Positions 37,029 through 47,077 of a stretch of DNA of 64,000 nucleotides are shown here, piece by piece. A program made the position numbers and the translations under genes. The notes beneath the pieces are model-generated. The model saw only the letters and a program-made list of their open reading frames with translations. It was not told where the DNA came from and did no database searches. The DNA is taken from positions 96,001 through 160,000 of the forward strand of contig JAWLHY010000005.1 in NCBI GenBank assembly GCA_041690135.1, in the 5' to 3' direction. This stretch comes from Armatimonadota bacterium (GTDB lineage: Bacteria; Armatimonadota; SYMT01). Numbering within the stretch: position 1 is the first letter of the stretch; the number at the start of each line of letters is the position of its first letter.

Positions 37029-39509
37029 ATGCAAAAGCAACTCCTACCCCTGATCCCCCTCTGTCTCCTCGCTGGTAGCGCGCACGCGGCGCCTTCTGCC
37101 CGGTTTACCGATCTCCGCCACGCCTATGTCCGCGGCGAGACGGCCCGTCTGCACCTCGATCTGAAGGAAATGCCCGCCGGCGCCCAGGTGCGGTTCGACG
37201 TGTCCGGTCGGTTGGAACAGGCCGTTCCCGCGGCGGGTGCGGTGACCTTCGCCCTCGATACGGCGTTGTTGCGGGCTGCCGATTACGACGTGCGGGCCGT
37301 GGTGACGGCGGATGGCCGAGAGGTGGCGCGGGCCGAGTTCCCCCTTTCCGTGGTTCCGGAGCCGAACCCGCAGCGGTACCCGGTCTATCGGTGGGGTGGC
37401 ATTCCGGTGGAAGACTATCCCTACTGGAAGGCACGGGGCTTTACGGGGTTCACCTACGTCAACTCGCGCGAGGTGCTGGCGGCGGACAGTCCGGCGGCCC
37501 AGGGCATCCGGCGCGCGCTCGACGAGGCCGCACGCCAGGGTCTCGATTTTGGGTGCTACCTGCATCCGCTCCTATCCCAACGCTGGGAGAAGATGCCCGA
37601 AGTCCACGCCCTGGGCGCGGATGGCAAGCCGCTTCCCCAGGTTTACCCCCGGGAGCCGCAGGTGCTGGAGTATGCGGAACGGGTCGCGGGCGCGTGGGCC
37701 GACCTGTTCGCGGAGTTTCCCGCCTGGCGGCATGGACTGCTCTCTTCGGAATACCAGTTGTTCACCAACTTCAGCCCGCTGGCGCAGCGTCTCGCGCGGG
37801 AAGAGGCCGGTGTCGAGCTCCCAACGGCCTACGTTGCCGGCAAACTCCCGGCCCAGCATCAGCCCCAGGAGGGCCTGATCAGCGACGACAATCCCCATTA
37901 CCGCTACATGAAGTGGTGGTACCACCAGGGGATGGGCGACGCGGTGCTCAATGAGCGGATGGCGACGCGGGTCCGGGCGAAACGACCGGACGTGTTGCTG
38001 TGGCACGACCCCTACCGGTTGGCGCCGGTCTTCGGCTCCCACAAGGGTATGGATGCGGTCTCCACCTGGACTTACGCCCATCCCGATATGCGCCGCCTGC
38101 TCTACACCACGGTGCTGCAGGCCGCCGCGCGCCCGGAGAAGCAGAAGGTAATGCAAACGGTCACCCTCTTCCTTTACGGCCGTTTCGCCGTGCCGTTGGG
38201 CGACTCCACCGCGGTTCTGGGGAACGACCAGCCGGGCAAAGACCCTTACTACACGGCCGGACCGGATTTCGCGCGCGAGGCGACCTGGCTCGCTTTCTCC
38301 CAGCGGCCGGACCTTTTGGGTTACTACGCGGCCGGGGCACTCTCCCCCTATCTGCGTGGACTGGACCCCGACATCGCCTCCCCCGAGACCTACGACGCCA
38401 TCGGCGAGGTCGTGCGGAGCCTGGTGGAGCCGTACGGTCCCATGGTGCTTCAGTCACGGCGTCCGCGTGCGAAGGTGGCCGTGTTGATGTCCGCTGCCTC
38501 TACCTGGTTCCCCTCGGGGTCGCGACTGGTCGGCTATCCGAACGAGCAGATCCTCCCCTACTGCTCCCTGCTGGCCATGAACCACGTGCCCTTCGAGGTC
38601 GTGCTCGATGACGACGTGGTTCAGGGACGGTTGGCGGAATACTCCGCGCTGGTGATGCCCCGTGCCTCCACCCTGACCCGCAAGATGCACGCGGAGATCC
38701 TGAAGTTTCGCGACCGGGGCGGCAAGGTGATCGCCGATGCCACCCTCCGGGCGAAGCTCCCCGGCGCTATCGTCACGAATTACGATTTCTCCCACCAGAC
38801 CCGTGTGGACGGGAAAGCCCTGGCGGAGAAGAGGGCCGTCACCGCCGTAGAAGATCGGCGCCTCACGGAAGGCTACGCGGCGGACCTGAAGAAGCATTTG
38901 ACTGGCCTGGAAGGCCTGGCCACGGCCGCCTCTCCACGGGTGGTCGTCAATACCCTGGAGTGTGGTGCAGCTAAGGCCGTATTTCTCGTCAACGACAACC
39001 GGACCTATGGTCCCCGGTTCGGGCAGTACGGGCTGCACATGGAGTCCGGTGTGCGGCTGGACACGGAAGCCCGCATCCGCGTTGAAGGTAGCCCGGTGAT
39101 CTACGATTCGCTCGCAGGTAAGGAAGTGGCGTACCGGCTCGACGGAAACCTGGCCGTGTTTCCCGTCTCGCTGCCGGCGGCGCGTGGCAAGCTCCTTCTG
39201 GTCTATCCGGAAGCCGTCGGAACGGTGCGGGTCGAAGCTCCGGCGGACCTCACGCCCGGGAAAGTCGCCCCAATCCGGGTGCGAGTGCTCGGTAAGTCGG
39301 GGAAGCCGCTGGCCGTCCCCCATCCTCTGAAGGTGGAGATAACGGATGCCCTCGGTCGGCTGAACGAACACAGCCGCACGGTCGCGTGTCAGAACGGCGA
39401 ATACGCTCTCTCTTTCCGCCCCGCATTGAACGACGCGCGGGGAACATGGACGGTCCGGGTTACGGACCTGGTGACGGGGCGCGTTACTTCCGCTACGTTT
39501 CAGCGGTAG
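37029..39509 (+). CDS. Large secreted protein with beta-galactosidase trimerisation-like and Ig-like domains (putative glycoside hydrolase)
   Basis: Signal peptide; AKVAVLMS..PFEVV..YSALVMP (GATase1-like); C-terminal VEITDALG..ALND..GTWTVRVTDL. Confidence 0.55.
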   Translation: MQKQLLPLIPLCLLAGSAHAAPSARFTDLRHAYVRGETARLHLDLKEMPAGAQVRFDVSGRLEQAVPAAGAVTFALDTALLRAADYDVRAVVTADGREVARAEFPLSVVPEPNPQRYPVYRWGGIPVEDYPYWKARGFTGFTYVNSREVLAADSPAAQGIRRALDEAARQGLDFGCYLHPLLSQRWEKMPEVHALGADGKPLPQVYPREPQVLEYAERVAGAWADLFAEFPAWRHGLLSSEYQLFTNFSPLAQRLAREEAGVELPTAYVAGKLPAQHQPQEGLISDDNPHYRYMKWWYHQGMGDAVLNERMATRVRAKRPDVLLWHDPYRLAPVFGSHKGMDAVSTWTYAHPDMRRLLYTTVLQAAARPEKQKVMQTVTLFLYGRFAVPLGDSTAVLGNDQPGKDPYYTAGPDFAREATWLAFSQRPDLLGYYAAGALSPYLRGLDPDIASPETYDAIGEVVRSLVEPYGPMVLQSRRPRAKVAVLMSAASTWFPSGSRLVGYPNEQILPYCSLLAMNHVPFEVVLDDDVVQGRLAEYSALVMPRASTLTRKMHAEILKFRDRGGKVIADATLRAKLPGAIVTNYDFSHQTRVDGKALAEKRAVTAVEDRRLTEGYAADLKKHLTGLEGLATAASPRVVVNTLECGAAKAVFLVNDNRTYGPRFGQYGLHMESGVRLDTEARIRVEGSPVIYDSLAGKEVAYRLDGNLAVFPVSLPAARGKLLLVYPEAVGTVRVEAPADLTPGKVAPIRVRVLGKSGKPLAVPHPLKVEITDALGRLNEHSRTVACQNGEYALSFRPALNDARGTWTVRVTDLVTGRVTSATFQR

Positions 39510-39592
39510 CGGCGGAGGCGGGCCCTACCAGGATTTCTCCCCTCTGAAAACGAACGATGGGATGAAGGTGCGTTGGTGCCCGGGAGGACGCA

Positions 39593-40294
39593 TTGAAACG
39601 GTGGTGGAACCCCAAGACCTGCTTGCTGCTCGGCATCGGCCTGCTCACGCTCCTCATCCTGGGGGATTATCTGCGGAGTGTGCTGATCACCCCCGCCGGT
39701 AGCGCGGCCGCGGGCGGCGATCCAAAATACCGTCCGGCCTTCCGGGTGGGAGATGTGGCGCCGGACTTCTCGCTGCCGGACCGAGGCGGGAAGGTCCATC
39801 ATCTCCAGGATCTGGTGCGCCGGGATACGCTGCTCTGCTTTACGTGCGGGTGCGCCAACTGCCTGGACCTGCAGACTTACCTGGGCATCCTGATCAAGCG
39901 GATGGGTGAAGCGGCGCCGGATGTCATTTCCGTTAGCACCATGCCGCGCGACCGCGAGGAAACCTATTTCCGCGACACGCGCCTGAAGCAGAAGATCCTC
40001 TACGAGCCCAAAGAAGGCCCGGTGATGGACCTGTACAAGGGACATCCCTGTCCGCGGGTCTACCGGTTGAAGGGGGATCGCACCGTGGCGTGGATCGGCA
40101 CCTCTCCGGGCGACGTTCCCTACGTACAGGTCATCGGCAGCGAGCTGGCGGAGAACCTGGGCTTTCCGCCGGAAGGGCCTATCGGCCCAGGGGAGGCCGG
40201 AGCGCCGGGTGCGACGGAAACCTTGGCCCCTACCGGGAGTTTGCCGGAAAAGCACGAGGCTACGGGACGCTCGTCGGTCCGCGCTTCCCGTTAG
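39593..40294 (+). CDS. Membrane-anchored redoxin (AhpC/TSA/TlpA fold) with CGCANC motif
   Basis: TM anchor, VGDVAPDFSLPD..G, FTCGCANC, CPRVY. Confidence 0.75.
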   Translation: MKRWWNPKTCLLLGIGLLTLLILGDYLRSVLITPAGSAAAGGDPKYRPAFRVGDVAPDFSLPDRGGKVHHLQDLVRRDTLLCFTCGCANCLDLQTYLGILIKRMGEAAPDVISVSTMPRDREETYFRDTRLKQKILYEPKEGPVMDLYKGHPCPRVYRLKGDRTVAWIGTSPGDVPYVQVIGSELAENLGFPPEGPIGPGEAGAPGATETLAPTGSLPEKHEATGRSSVRASR

Positions 40295-40314
40295 AGTGAA
40301 CAGAAGGAAGAGAG

Positions 40315-41490
40315 TTGCGAGGCGCAGTGCCATCGGTCCGGTTCGCCAGGCGATTCCGCTGGTATCACTTCCTGATCCCGGCCGGCGTCCTGCTGCTTCC
40401 GGTCCTGCTCTTTTTCCTGCTTCAGGGCGGGAGCACGCCGCCCGCGGTTCGCTTCGAGGGCGGCCGCTGGGTCCGGGATGACGGTGAGTACGCCGGCGTG
40501 GAAGCGTGCCGCGAGTGCCATGCGTCGATCGTCGAGCAGCAACTCGCCTCCAGCCACGCGCAAACGATCCGTCCGCTGGATCGCGAGGCGCCGCGTGCGC
40601 CTCTCCAACCGGAGCAGCCGGTCATCGACCCGCTCACCGGAGCGCGTTACAGCGTTCGACCGGCCGGCGCCGGCGCGGAGATCGCGGTGGTGCTCGGGTC
40701 GGAGTCCGTCAGCCAGAAGCTGGACTACGAGTTTGGCTCCGGGGTGCACGCCTACGGGTACCTCTCGCGCGGAAGTGATGGGACCTGGATCGACGCGCGC
40801 CTCAACTACTACGACAAGATCCGCGGGTGGGACTTTACCTCGACCCAGGAAGATGCGGAGCCCCACCTGGTGCGACAGCCGCTTGGCCGCCCGCAGAAGC
40901 CCGCGGACGTGGTGCGTTGCTTCGCATGCCACAGCACCGTGGTGAGGGCGGACGGGCTGGAGCGGTCACCCGAGGACGGATCGGGACTCCGCGTCCGGCC
41001 CGATAAGAGCCTGTTGAACGTTACGTGCGAAAGCTGCCACGGCCCGCGCGCCCGGCACGTGCGGGAGCGCCGGGAGGGGCAACCGGTGGTCACGCCGGCC
41101 GCCCGCAGCGCCGACCAGCTCAACGAGGTCTGCGGGCGCTGCCACGGGCTGTCCAACATCGACCAGGCTCACCCCGTCATCGCCCGGTTTCAGCCGTGGG
41201 GCCTTGCGCAGAGCCGCTGTTTCCGCGCCAGTTCGGGGAAGCTCTCCTGCACCAGTTGTCACGATCCCCACTCCAATGCCCGTCGCGATGCCGCCTTTTA
41301 TGACGCGAAGTGTCTTGGCTGTCATTCACGCGCGCAGGATCCACGTCCGAACCTGACCACCTGTCCCGTCAACACGCGCTCCGGATGCGTCGGCTGTCAT
41401 ATGCCCAGCGACTCGAAGAGCATGCCGCACGTCACCTTCGTGGACCATCGCATTCGCGTGGTGCGGAAGTCGGAGGCCGACCGTCCATGA
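40315..41490 (+). CDS. Multiheme c-type cytochrome (7 CxxCH; c554/c-prime-like)
   Basis: CRECH, CFACH, CESCH, CGRCH, CTSCH, CLGCH, CVGCH; N-terminal TM anchor; YAG..AC..CH..S.H. Confidence 0.9.
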   Translation: MRGAVPSVRFARRFRWYHFLIPAGVLLLPVLLFFLLQGGSTPPAVRFEGGRWVRDDGEYAGVEACRECHASIVEQQLASSHAQTIRPLDREAPRAPLQPEQPVIDPLTGARYSVRPAGAGAEIAVVLGSESVSQKLDYEFGSGVHAYGYLSRGSDGTWIDARLNYYDKIRGWDFTSTQEDAEPHLVRQPLGRPQKPADVVRCFACHSTVVRADGLERSPEDGSGLRVRPDKSLLNVTCESCHGPRARHVRERREGQPVVTPAARSADQLNEVCGRCHGLSNIDQAHPVIARFQPWGLAQSRCFRASSGKLSCTSCHDPHSNARRDAAFYDAKCLGCHSRAQDPRPNLTTCPVNTRSGCVGCHMPSDSKSMPHVTFVDHRIRVVRKSEADRP

Positions 41491-43172
41491 AGGTGAGGAG
41501 CGTGCGGATCGGCTGGCTGATGGCGGCCGCGGGGGGATTGGTGGTTGGTGGCGCCGGCTGTCGGACCCAGGCCCGGCCCGCGGCGCCCCAGCCCCTGTTC
41601 ACCGAAGTGACCCGCGCCGCCGGGATCGAGTTTCAGCACGATAACGGCGCTTTCGGCAAAAAATACTACCCCGAGCGGATGGGTTCCGGCGTGGCCTTTT
41701 TCGACGCCGATGGGGATGGATCCCTCGACCTGTTCCTGGTCAACGGCGCCCCCTTGCCGGGGCATCCGAACCCCCGGCCCGCCCCCTCGCGACTGTACAT
41801 CAACCGGGGTGATGGGACGTTTGCGGATCGCACGCACGGATCCGGTTTGGAAGCGGTGGGGTACGGGATGGGCGTGGCGGCCGGGGACGTCGATAACGAT
41901 GGGGATACCGATCTGTACGTCACCCGGTTAGGGAAGAGTTCGCTCTATCTGAATCGGGGGGACGGAACTTTCGTGGACGGAACAGCATCCGCCGGCCTGG
42001 CCTGCGAGGGTTACTCCAGCAGTGCCGCCTTCCTGGATGGCGATGGGGATGGCTTGCTGGACCTGTACGTTTGCCGCTACGTGCCCTGGAACAGCCCCAA
42101 AGATGACTATGCGTGTCCCGACGCCCAGGGACGCAAGCAGTACTGCAGCGTCCACGTTTATCCCGGTCTCGAGCACCGCTACTACCGCAATCGCGGTGGC
42201 GGGAAGTTCGAGGATGTTACCGTCAAAGCAGGTCTGGGTGATCAGAGCGCGCGCGGCCTGGCGGTGGTCTGCGGTGACTACGATCGGGACGGAGATACGG
42301 ACCTGTTCGTGGCTAACGACGAAACGCCGAACTTCCTCTGGCGGAACGACGGGAAGGGCCGGCTCACGGAAGCCGCCGCCGCGTCCGCGTTCGCCTACAA
42401 CGAGCGCGGCATTCCCACTGCCGGCATGGGGCTCGACATCGCGGACGTGGACGGCGACGGCGACGACGATGTGATCGAATCCGACTTTCAGGGGCAGCGA
42501 AAGACGCTGTACGTCAACGACGGCCAGGGGTTTTTCATCCCGAACGCGGAGAACAAGGGCCTGGGGGATATGCCGCTCGATCGGCTTGGCTTCGGGATCG
42601 GCTTCCTTGATTTCGACCTGGATACCTGGCCGGATGTCTTCATTGCGAACGGGCACGTGAATGAGCTGCAGGACCCTTCGGCGCCGTACCGCCAGACGGC
42701 GCAGCTCTTCCGTAACGAAGGCGCCGGCGTTTTCTCGGATGTCAGCGCCCGGCTTGGGACCTACGGGAACACTCCTTACCTGGGCCGCGGAGCCGCCTTT
42801 GGGGATTTCGACAACGACGGAGACCCCGACATCCTCGTGGGCAACAACGGAGACCCCGCCGTGCTGCTCCGCAACGATGCCCCACGCGGGAACCACTGGT
42901 TGGGAATACGGTGCGTGGGGTCGCGCGGGAACCGCTCGGCCTACGGGGCTCGCGTGACCGTGACGGCGGGCGACCGGTCCCAATCCCTGGAGGTTCGCGC
43001 CGCACGGAGTTACGCCTCCAGCAGTGATCCGCGAGTTCTCTTCGGCCTCGGGAAGGCGCGTCGCGTCGATCGGATCACGGTGGAATGGCTGGGTGGGAAG
43101 CGGCAGGAGTGGTCCGACGTCCCGGCCGACCGCTACATCACGGTGACCGAAGACGCTGCCGACTTCCAGTAG
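41487..43172 (+). CDS. CRTAC1 family protein (FG-GAP repeats + ASPIC/UnbV), lipoprotein
   Basis: GAG-C lipobox, FTEVT..AGI.F.H, multiple DxDxDGxxDL motifs, GRGAAFGDFDNDGD, NRSAYGARV, FGLG; ATGA overlap. Confidence 0.92.
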   Translation: MKVRSVRIGWLMAAAGGLVVGGAGCRTQARPAAPQPLFTEVTRAAGIEFQHDNGAFGKKYYPERMGSGVAFFDADGDGSLDLFLVNGAPLPGHPNPRPAPSRLYINRGDGTFADRTHGSGLEAVGYGMGVAAGDVDNDGDTDLYVTRLGKSSLYLNRGDGTFVDGTASAGLACEGYSSSAAFLDGDGDGLLDLYVCRYVPWNSPKDDYACPDAQGRKQYCSVHVYPGLEHRYYRNRGGGKFEDVTVKAGLGDQSARGLAVVCGDYDRDGDTDLFVANDETPNFLWRNDGKGRLTEAAAASAFAYNERGIPTAGMGLDIADVDGDGDDDVIESDFQGQRKTLYVNDGQGFFIPNAENKGLGDMPLDRLGFGIGFLDFDLDTWPDVFIANGHVNELQDPSAPYRQTAQLFRNEGAGVFSDVSARLGTYGNTPYLGRGAAFGDFDNDGDPDILVGNNGDPAVLLRNDAPRGNHWLGIRCVGSRGNRSAYGARVTVTAGDRSQSLEVRAARSYASSSDPRVLFGLGKARRVDRITVEWLGGKRQEWSDVPADRYITVTEDAADFQ

Positions 43173-44295
43173 CGGCCTGTGCTTTGGGCGCAAAAGGAGA
43201 ACGCGCCCGGATCCAGTGGTCCGCGAAGTAGGTGTATTTCTCCACCTTCACCTGGGGCATGTGGCAGGGAAGGCAACCTTTCTCCGGGCTGACGGGACAG
43301 TGGGCCTGCTTCGCGACGCCCTGCGTGTGGCAGCTCAGGCACTTCGCTTCATAGAAGGCCGGCTCGGACGGGCTATTACCATGCGGGTCGTGGCAGGTGG
43401 TGCAGCGGAAGTTCTTGGGGTCGGCCGTGTAACAGCGACTCTGCGAGATGCCGTAAACGTGGTACTTCACCGTTTTGGGGCTCGCCGGGTCCTCGGGAAT
43501 ACCCATCAGGGTTCCCTCCAGCGTAGCCGTCTCGTTGTGGCACTGCTGGCACAGCGCCATGAAGTTCTCGCTCGACCACTGGCCCGGGTTTTCAATAGCA
43601 GTTGTGGCGGATTTGGAGCGCATGGCCTCCACATGCGCGCGGCCCGGTCCGTGGCAACTCTCGCAGCGGACTCCCAGCTCGGTCGCTGCGGGATCGAGGG
43701 ATGCCCCGCGGAAGCCGATCCGCGTGGCGTGGCAGCCAAAGCATTTCTCCAACTCCTGGGTACTTACCGGCCAGCCGGCGGCGTGCTTCTGTCGCGTGGC
43801 GGCATCACCGAGGCCATGCATGGGGGAGAGATCCCAGCCGCCTTTTGCGTAGTACGTGAGGGAGAGATATTTCCATTCCTTGCCGTCGAAGCTCATCGGG
43901 CTGATGCCGTGGTGGCCGGAGCCCAGAAGGAAATCGAGGCTCGCGGAAGCAACTTCCGTCCCATTCCGGTGCACGACCTGGCGAAGGCGCTCACCGTCGG
44001 GCGCGAGGCGGTAATCCAGGCCCGCCTCGCGGTCCCGAACCAGGACGTCTTTGGCGTCGTCCGGCAGGGACTGCCGGTCTCCGGGGCGAAGTGTAAGCGC
44101 GTGGTGGGATTCGGCTTGACGTTGGAAGAGCTCGGCGTGGCATTCGGCGCAGGCAGGGGCGCCTACATAAGGACCGGCTTCTGCCGTGGTCGATGGGCTG
44201 GAGGCGCGGTGGGGCTTACTGCACCCGGCCCACATACAGGCAGCCAGGATTGTGGCGGCGACGGCGAGAACGAGATGGCAAGGCGGTCTCGGCAC
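43138..44295 (-). CDS. Multiheme c-type cytochrome lipoprotein (7 CxxCH)
   Basis: WAG-C lipobox; CAECH, CFGCH, CESCH, CQQCH, CTTCH, CLSCH, CLPCH. Confidence 0.9.
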   Translation of the reverse strand: MPRPPCHLVLAVAATILAACMWAGCSKPHRASSPSTTAEAGPYVGAPACAECHAELFQRQAESHHALTLRPGDRQSLPDDAKDVLVRDREAGLDYRLAPDGERLRQVVHRNGTEVASASLDFLLGSGHHGISPMSFDGKEWKYLSLTYYAKGGWDLSPMHGLGDAATRQKHAAGWPVSTQELEKCFGCHATRIGFRGASLDPAATELGVRCESCHGPGRAHVEAMRSKSATTAIENPGQWSSENFMALCQQCHNETATLEGTLMGIPEDPASPKTVKYHVYGISQSRCYTADPKNFRCTTCHDPHGNSPSEPAFYEAKCLSCHTQGVAKQAHCPVSPEKGCLPCHMPQVKVEKYTYFADHWIRARSPFAPKAQAATGSRQRLRSP

Positions 44296-44452
44296 CTGCG
44301 TGGAACCTCAAAGAGAGTGGCGGAAGCTCACGGGAAACCCGTTGATGGGTCAATTTTCTTCCCGGCGCGCCGCAATCCCTCTCCTACGGGTAGTCGGAGC
44401 AGCGCCACGGGAACCGGAGTAGCGTCTTGAGAGAACGACTTAGGGAGAAAGG

Positions 44453-45718
44453 ATGAGCACCCGATCCTCCGCACACACGGCGCGAGGTTGGTCGTTCGCG
44501 GCTGCCTTGTTGGTGGCGGGCGCGCTAGGGGGCGCGGCGTGGTGGCGGTCGGCTATTCACCAGCCGCGGGCCGCGGTGCCGGCCCGGATGCCTATGCTAT
44601 CGCCCGGCCCCACCGGCGTCAGCTTGCGTGACCTCCAGCAGGCAGTACTGCTGGCCCGCCAGAACCCGAACAGCGCTCCCCTGGCGCTGGAAGCGGGCGC
44701 TCTAGCGGGGGAATTGAACGAACACGGCCAGGCGATGTACTGGTTTCGGCAGGCCGCCGCGCTCGACCCACGCTTGCTTCCCGCCATCACCGGGCAGGGC
44801 CAGGTATGGCTCGCCGTGGGCCGGCCCGCACGGGCCGCCGCGATGTACGAGCGGGCTCTCAAGCTGGCGCCGGATGAGCAGAGCCTGCTGCTGGAGTTGG
44901 CGCGCACCTACACGGCCTTGCGGGACTTCCCCGAGGCGCTGCGTTGCGCTCGCCGTGCCCAGGAGAAGGCTCCGGAAGACCCCGCGGTTTTGCGTGCGCT
45001 CGCCGCCATCTACGGCGAGTTGGTAATGACCGAAGAATGCTTGAAGGTGGCCCGTCGCGCCTGTGAGATTGCGTCCGCGGATGCGGAGAACTGGGTGCTT
45101 TTGGGGAGTCAATTACTGCGGGGGCAGAAATATGCGGAGGCGGAGGTCGCTCTTCGCCGGGCGCTGCAGCTCCAACCGGGAAACATCCCCGCCAATCTCT
45201 ACTGCGCTCGTGCCCTGATCGAGGGGAAGAAGACCCCGGAAGCCGACCGCGAGGCCTTTGCGCTGCTGGCTCGGATCCGGATATCCGAGCCAAACCATTC
45301 GCAGGCGCTCCTCATGATGGGCGGCATTCTCACCCGCGCCGGAAATCTCCCGCTGGCGATCAGCGTGCTGCGTCGTGCGCGGGAAGCCGACCCGCGGGAC
45401 CCTGCCATTCTGATTGCGTTGGGGCAGGCGTTGATCCGGGGTCGCCAGGCACAAGAAGGTGTTCGGCTGGTGACCCAGGGCCAGAAACTGGGGCCTCGCG
45501 GCGTCGGCTTTCTGGACCTGGAGGAGCTGGCCCGCAAGAACCCGGACCCCGGCCTCACCATGCGCCTGGCCGACCTCTACCGGCGCCAGGATCTGTACGA
45601 TCAGGCCGTACGTGTCCTGGAGCGGGGGCTTGCTCGGAAGCCGGGCCATCGCGAGATAGAGAAGCGTCTCCTCGCGGCCCGCGCGGAAGCGGACCGACTC
45701 AACCCACCGGGATTGTAA
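44453..45718 (+). CDS. Tetratricopeptide repeat protein, N-terminal membrane anchor
   Basis: Repeated A..Y..AL.L.P and LG...G...A TPR patterns. Confidence 0.85.
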   Translation: MSTRSSAHTARGWSFAAALLVAGALGGAAWWRSAIHQPRAAVPARMPMLSPGPTGVSLRDLQQAVLLARQNPNSAPLALEAGALAGELNEHGQAMYWFRQAAALDPRLLPAITGQGQVWLAVGRPARAAAMYERALKLAPDEQSLLLELARTYTALRDFPEALRCARRAQEKAPEDPAVLRALAAIYGELVMTEECLKVARRACEIASADAENWVLLGSQLLRGQKYAEAEVALRRALQLQPGNIPANLYCARALIEGKKTPEADREAFALLARIRISEPNHSQALLMMGGILTRAGNLPLAISVLRRAREADPRDPAILIALGQALIRGRQAQEGVRLVTQGQKLGPRGVGFLDLEELARKNPDPGLTMRLADLYRRQDLYDQAVRVLERGLARKPGHREIEKRLLAARAEADRLNPPGL

Positions 45719-45735
45719 CAGCGGCAAAATACGTG

Positions 45736-45774
45736 AAAAGAGCCCGCCCCGAAATCGACGGGGCGGGCTCTTTT
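45736..45774. terminator. Bidirectional intrinsic terminator
   Basis: AAAAGAGCCCGCCCCG-N7-CGGGGCGGGCTCTTTT perfect 16-bp IR. Confidence 0.9.
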
Positions 45775-45802
45775 GCTTGGAGTTGGTCACCGGCTCCGGG
45801 GG

Positions 45803-46078
45803 TTAGTTGCCGCCGGAAGGCGGGGTGCCTATGGTGGCGGGGCCTCCCCCCCCACCACCGGATCGGGCGTTCTTCTGCATCTGTTGCCGGTACTCGTCGA
45901 CACTGGCGCCGCCCGGAGCCTCACCGCCACTCGCCGGCGCGGCCACGGGCGTTTGTTTCTCCGCCCCGCAGCCAGTTAGGCCTCCCGTCAGAGACACCAC
46001 CAGGGCTACACCAGCCAGGCTGCGAAAGAGTGCGGCGCCGGTGCGAACGTTCTTTTTAGGGCTCATGTCCTTGTTCAT
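45803..46078 (-). CDS. Small low-complexity lipoprotein
   Basis: Basic N-terminus, hydrophobic stretch, LTG-C lipobox, Pro/Gly/Ala-rich mature part. Confidence 0.65.
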   Translation of the reverse strand: MNKDMSPKKNVRTGAALFRSLAGVALVVSLTGGLTGCGAEKQTPVAAPASGGEAPGGASVDEYRQQMQKNARSGGGGGGPATIGTPPSGGN

Positions 46079-46110
46079 CCTCAAGCAGGGTCCGCTTTAC
46101 AGCTACTGTT

Positions 46111-46878
46111 CTACGGGCAGGTAGATGTAGGGATCGTGCGTCCATCGTCGGCGAGGTACGTGCCGTCGTTGGTCACCCAACAGCCGTTGGTGCCGGTGCG
46201 TCGGATGTTGTCGGTAAACCAGCCGGGATTGGTGCAGGGGAAGATCTGAGCGCAACGCAGCGTCTTCACGTGCCCGTCGGCGAACAGCATGTTCAGCTGG
46301 TTCTGGTGACGGGAAGAGAAGTCCTGTCGCCGTCCGAACCGGAAGGCGCCGGTGCGGCCTTCCACCCCGATCCACGCATTGGAGGTCATCACCCCGCCGG
46401 TCCCCGCGTCGTAGACCAGGAAAAACTCCGCGGGGGCGACGATCTCGGACATGTTCCAGTGACCGTATGACTTGAAGCCATAGGAGCCTCGGAGCGTTAC
46501 AGGGGGGACTTCCTGGGTGTCGGAATGCTGCCAGGGAGTGGCATCCGAAGGGCAAACCAGCACCTGATAGTTCTTGAGGTACGGCTGGAGCCTCTGCCCG
46601 TAAATCTGGCGGACTTCGGTACCGGCTCCTCCCGGAGGGGAAGTGTTAAAGGTGTTGGAGTTCCAGGAGTTGATGTTCGACCGCTCGTCGTAGTCTTGCA
46701 CGTACATCATCCAGGCATTGCCGATCTGCTTGAGATTGCTCGTGCAGGAGGCCTTCCGTGCCGTTTCTCGGGCCTGGGCGAACACCGGGAATAGGATTGC
46801 CGCCAGTATGGCTATGATGGCAATCACCACAAGCAGTTCGATCAGTGTGAAGCCGATCCGCTTTCTCTCGTGACTCAT
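46111..46878 (-). CDS. Prepilin-type N-terminal cleavage/methylation + DUF1559 + H-X9-DG domain protein
   Basis: [63 protein letters not shown]. Confidence 0.92.
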   Translation of the reverse strand: MSHERKRIGFTLIELLVVIAIIAILAAILFPVFAQARETARKASCTSNLKQIGNAWMMYVQDYDERSNINSWNSNTFNTSPPGGAGTEVRQIYGQRLQPYLKNYQVLVCPSDATPWQHSDTQEVPPVTLRGSYGFKSYGHWNMSEIVAPAEFFLVYDAGTGGVMTSNAWIGVEGRTGAFRFGRRQDFSSRHQNQLNMLFADGHVKTLRCAQIFPCTNPGWFTDNIRRTGTNGCWVTNDGTYLADDGRTIPTSTCP

Positions 46879-47077
46879 AAAGTCTCCCCTCGTCGGGTGC
46901 GAATGGAGTAAGGGTGGGCTCTCCAGCCCAGCTTCGTTTCTCTGCTTCGTTGGGTGGTACGGTCGCGACACCGCGACTTGATTAAATATTCCTCAGGTTA
47001 GGTGGCAGGCAGCGATGTTCCTGCAGGAGTTTTGCGAAAAAAAGCCGCTTTCCGAGCGTTTGCCGTCTCGGCCCCAC

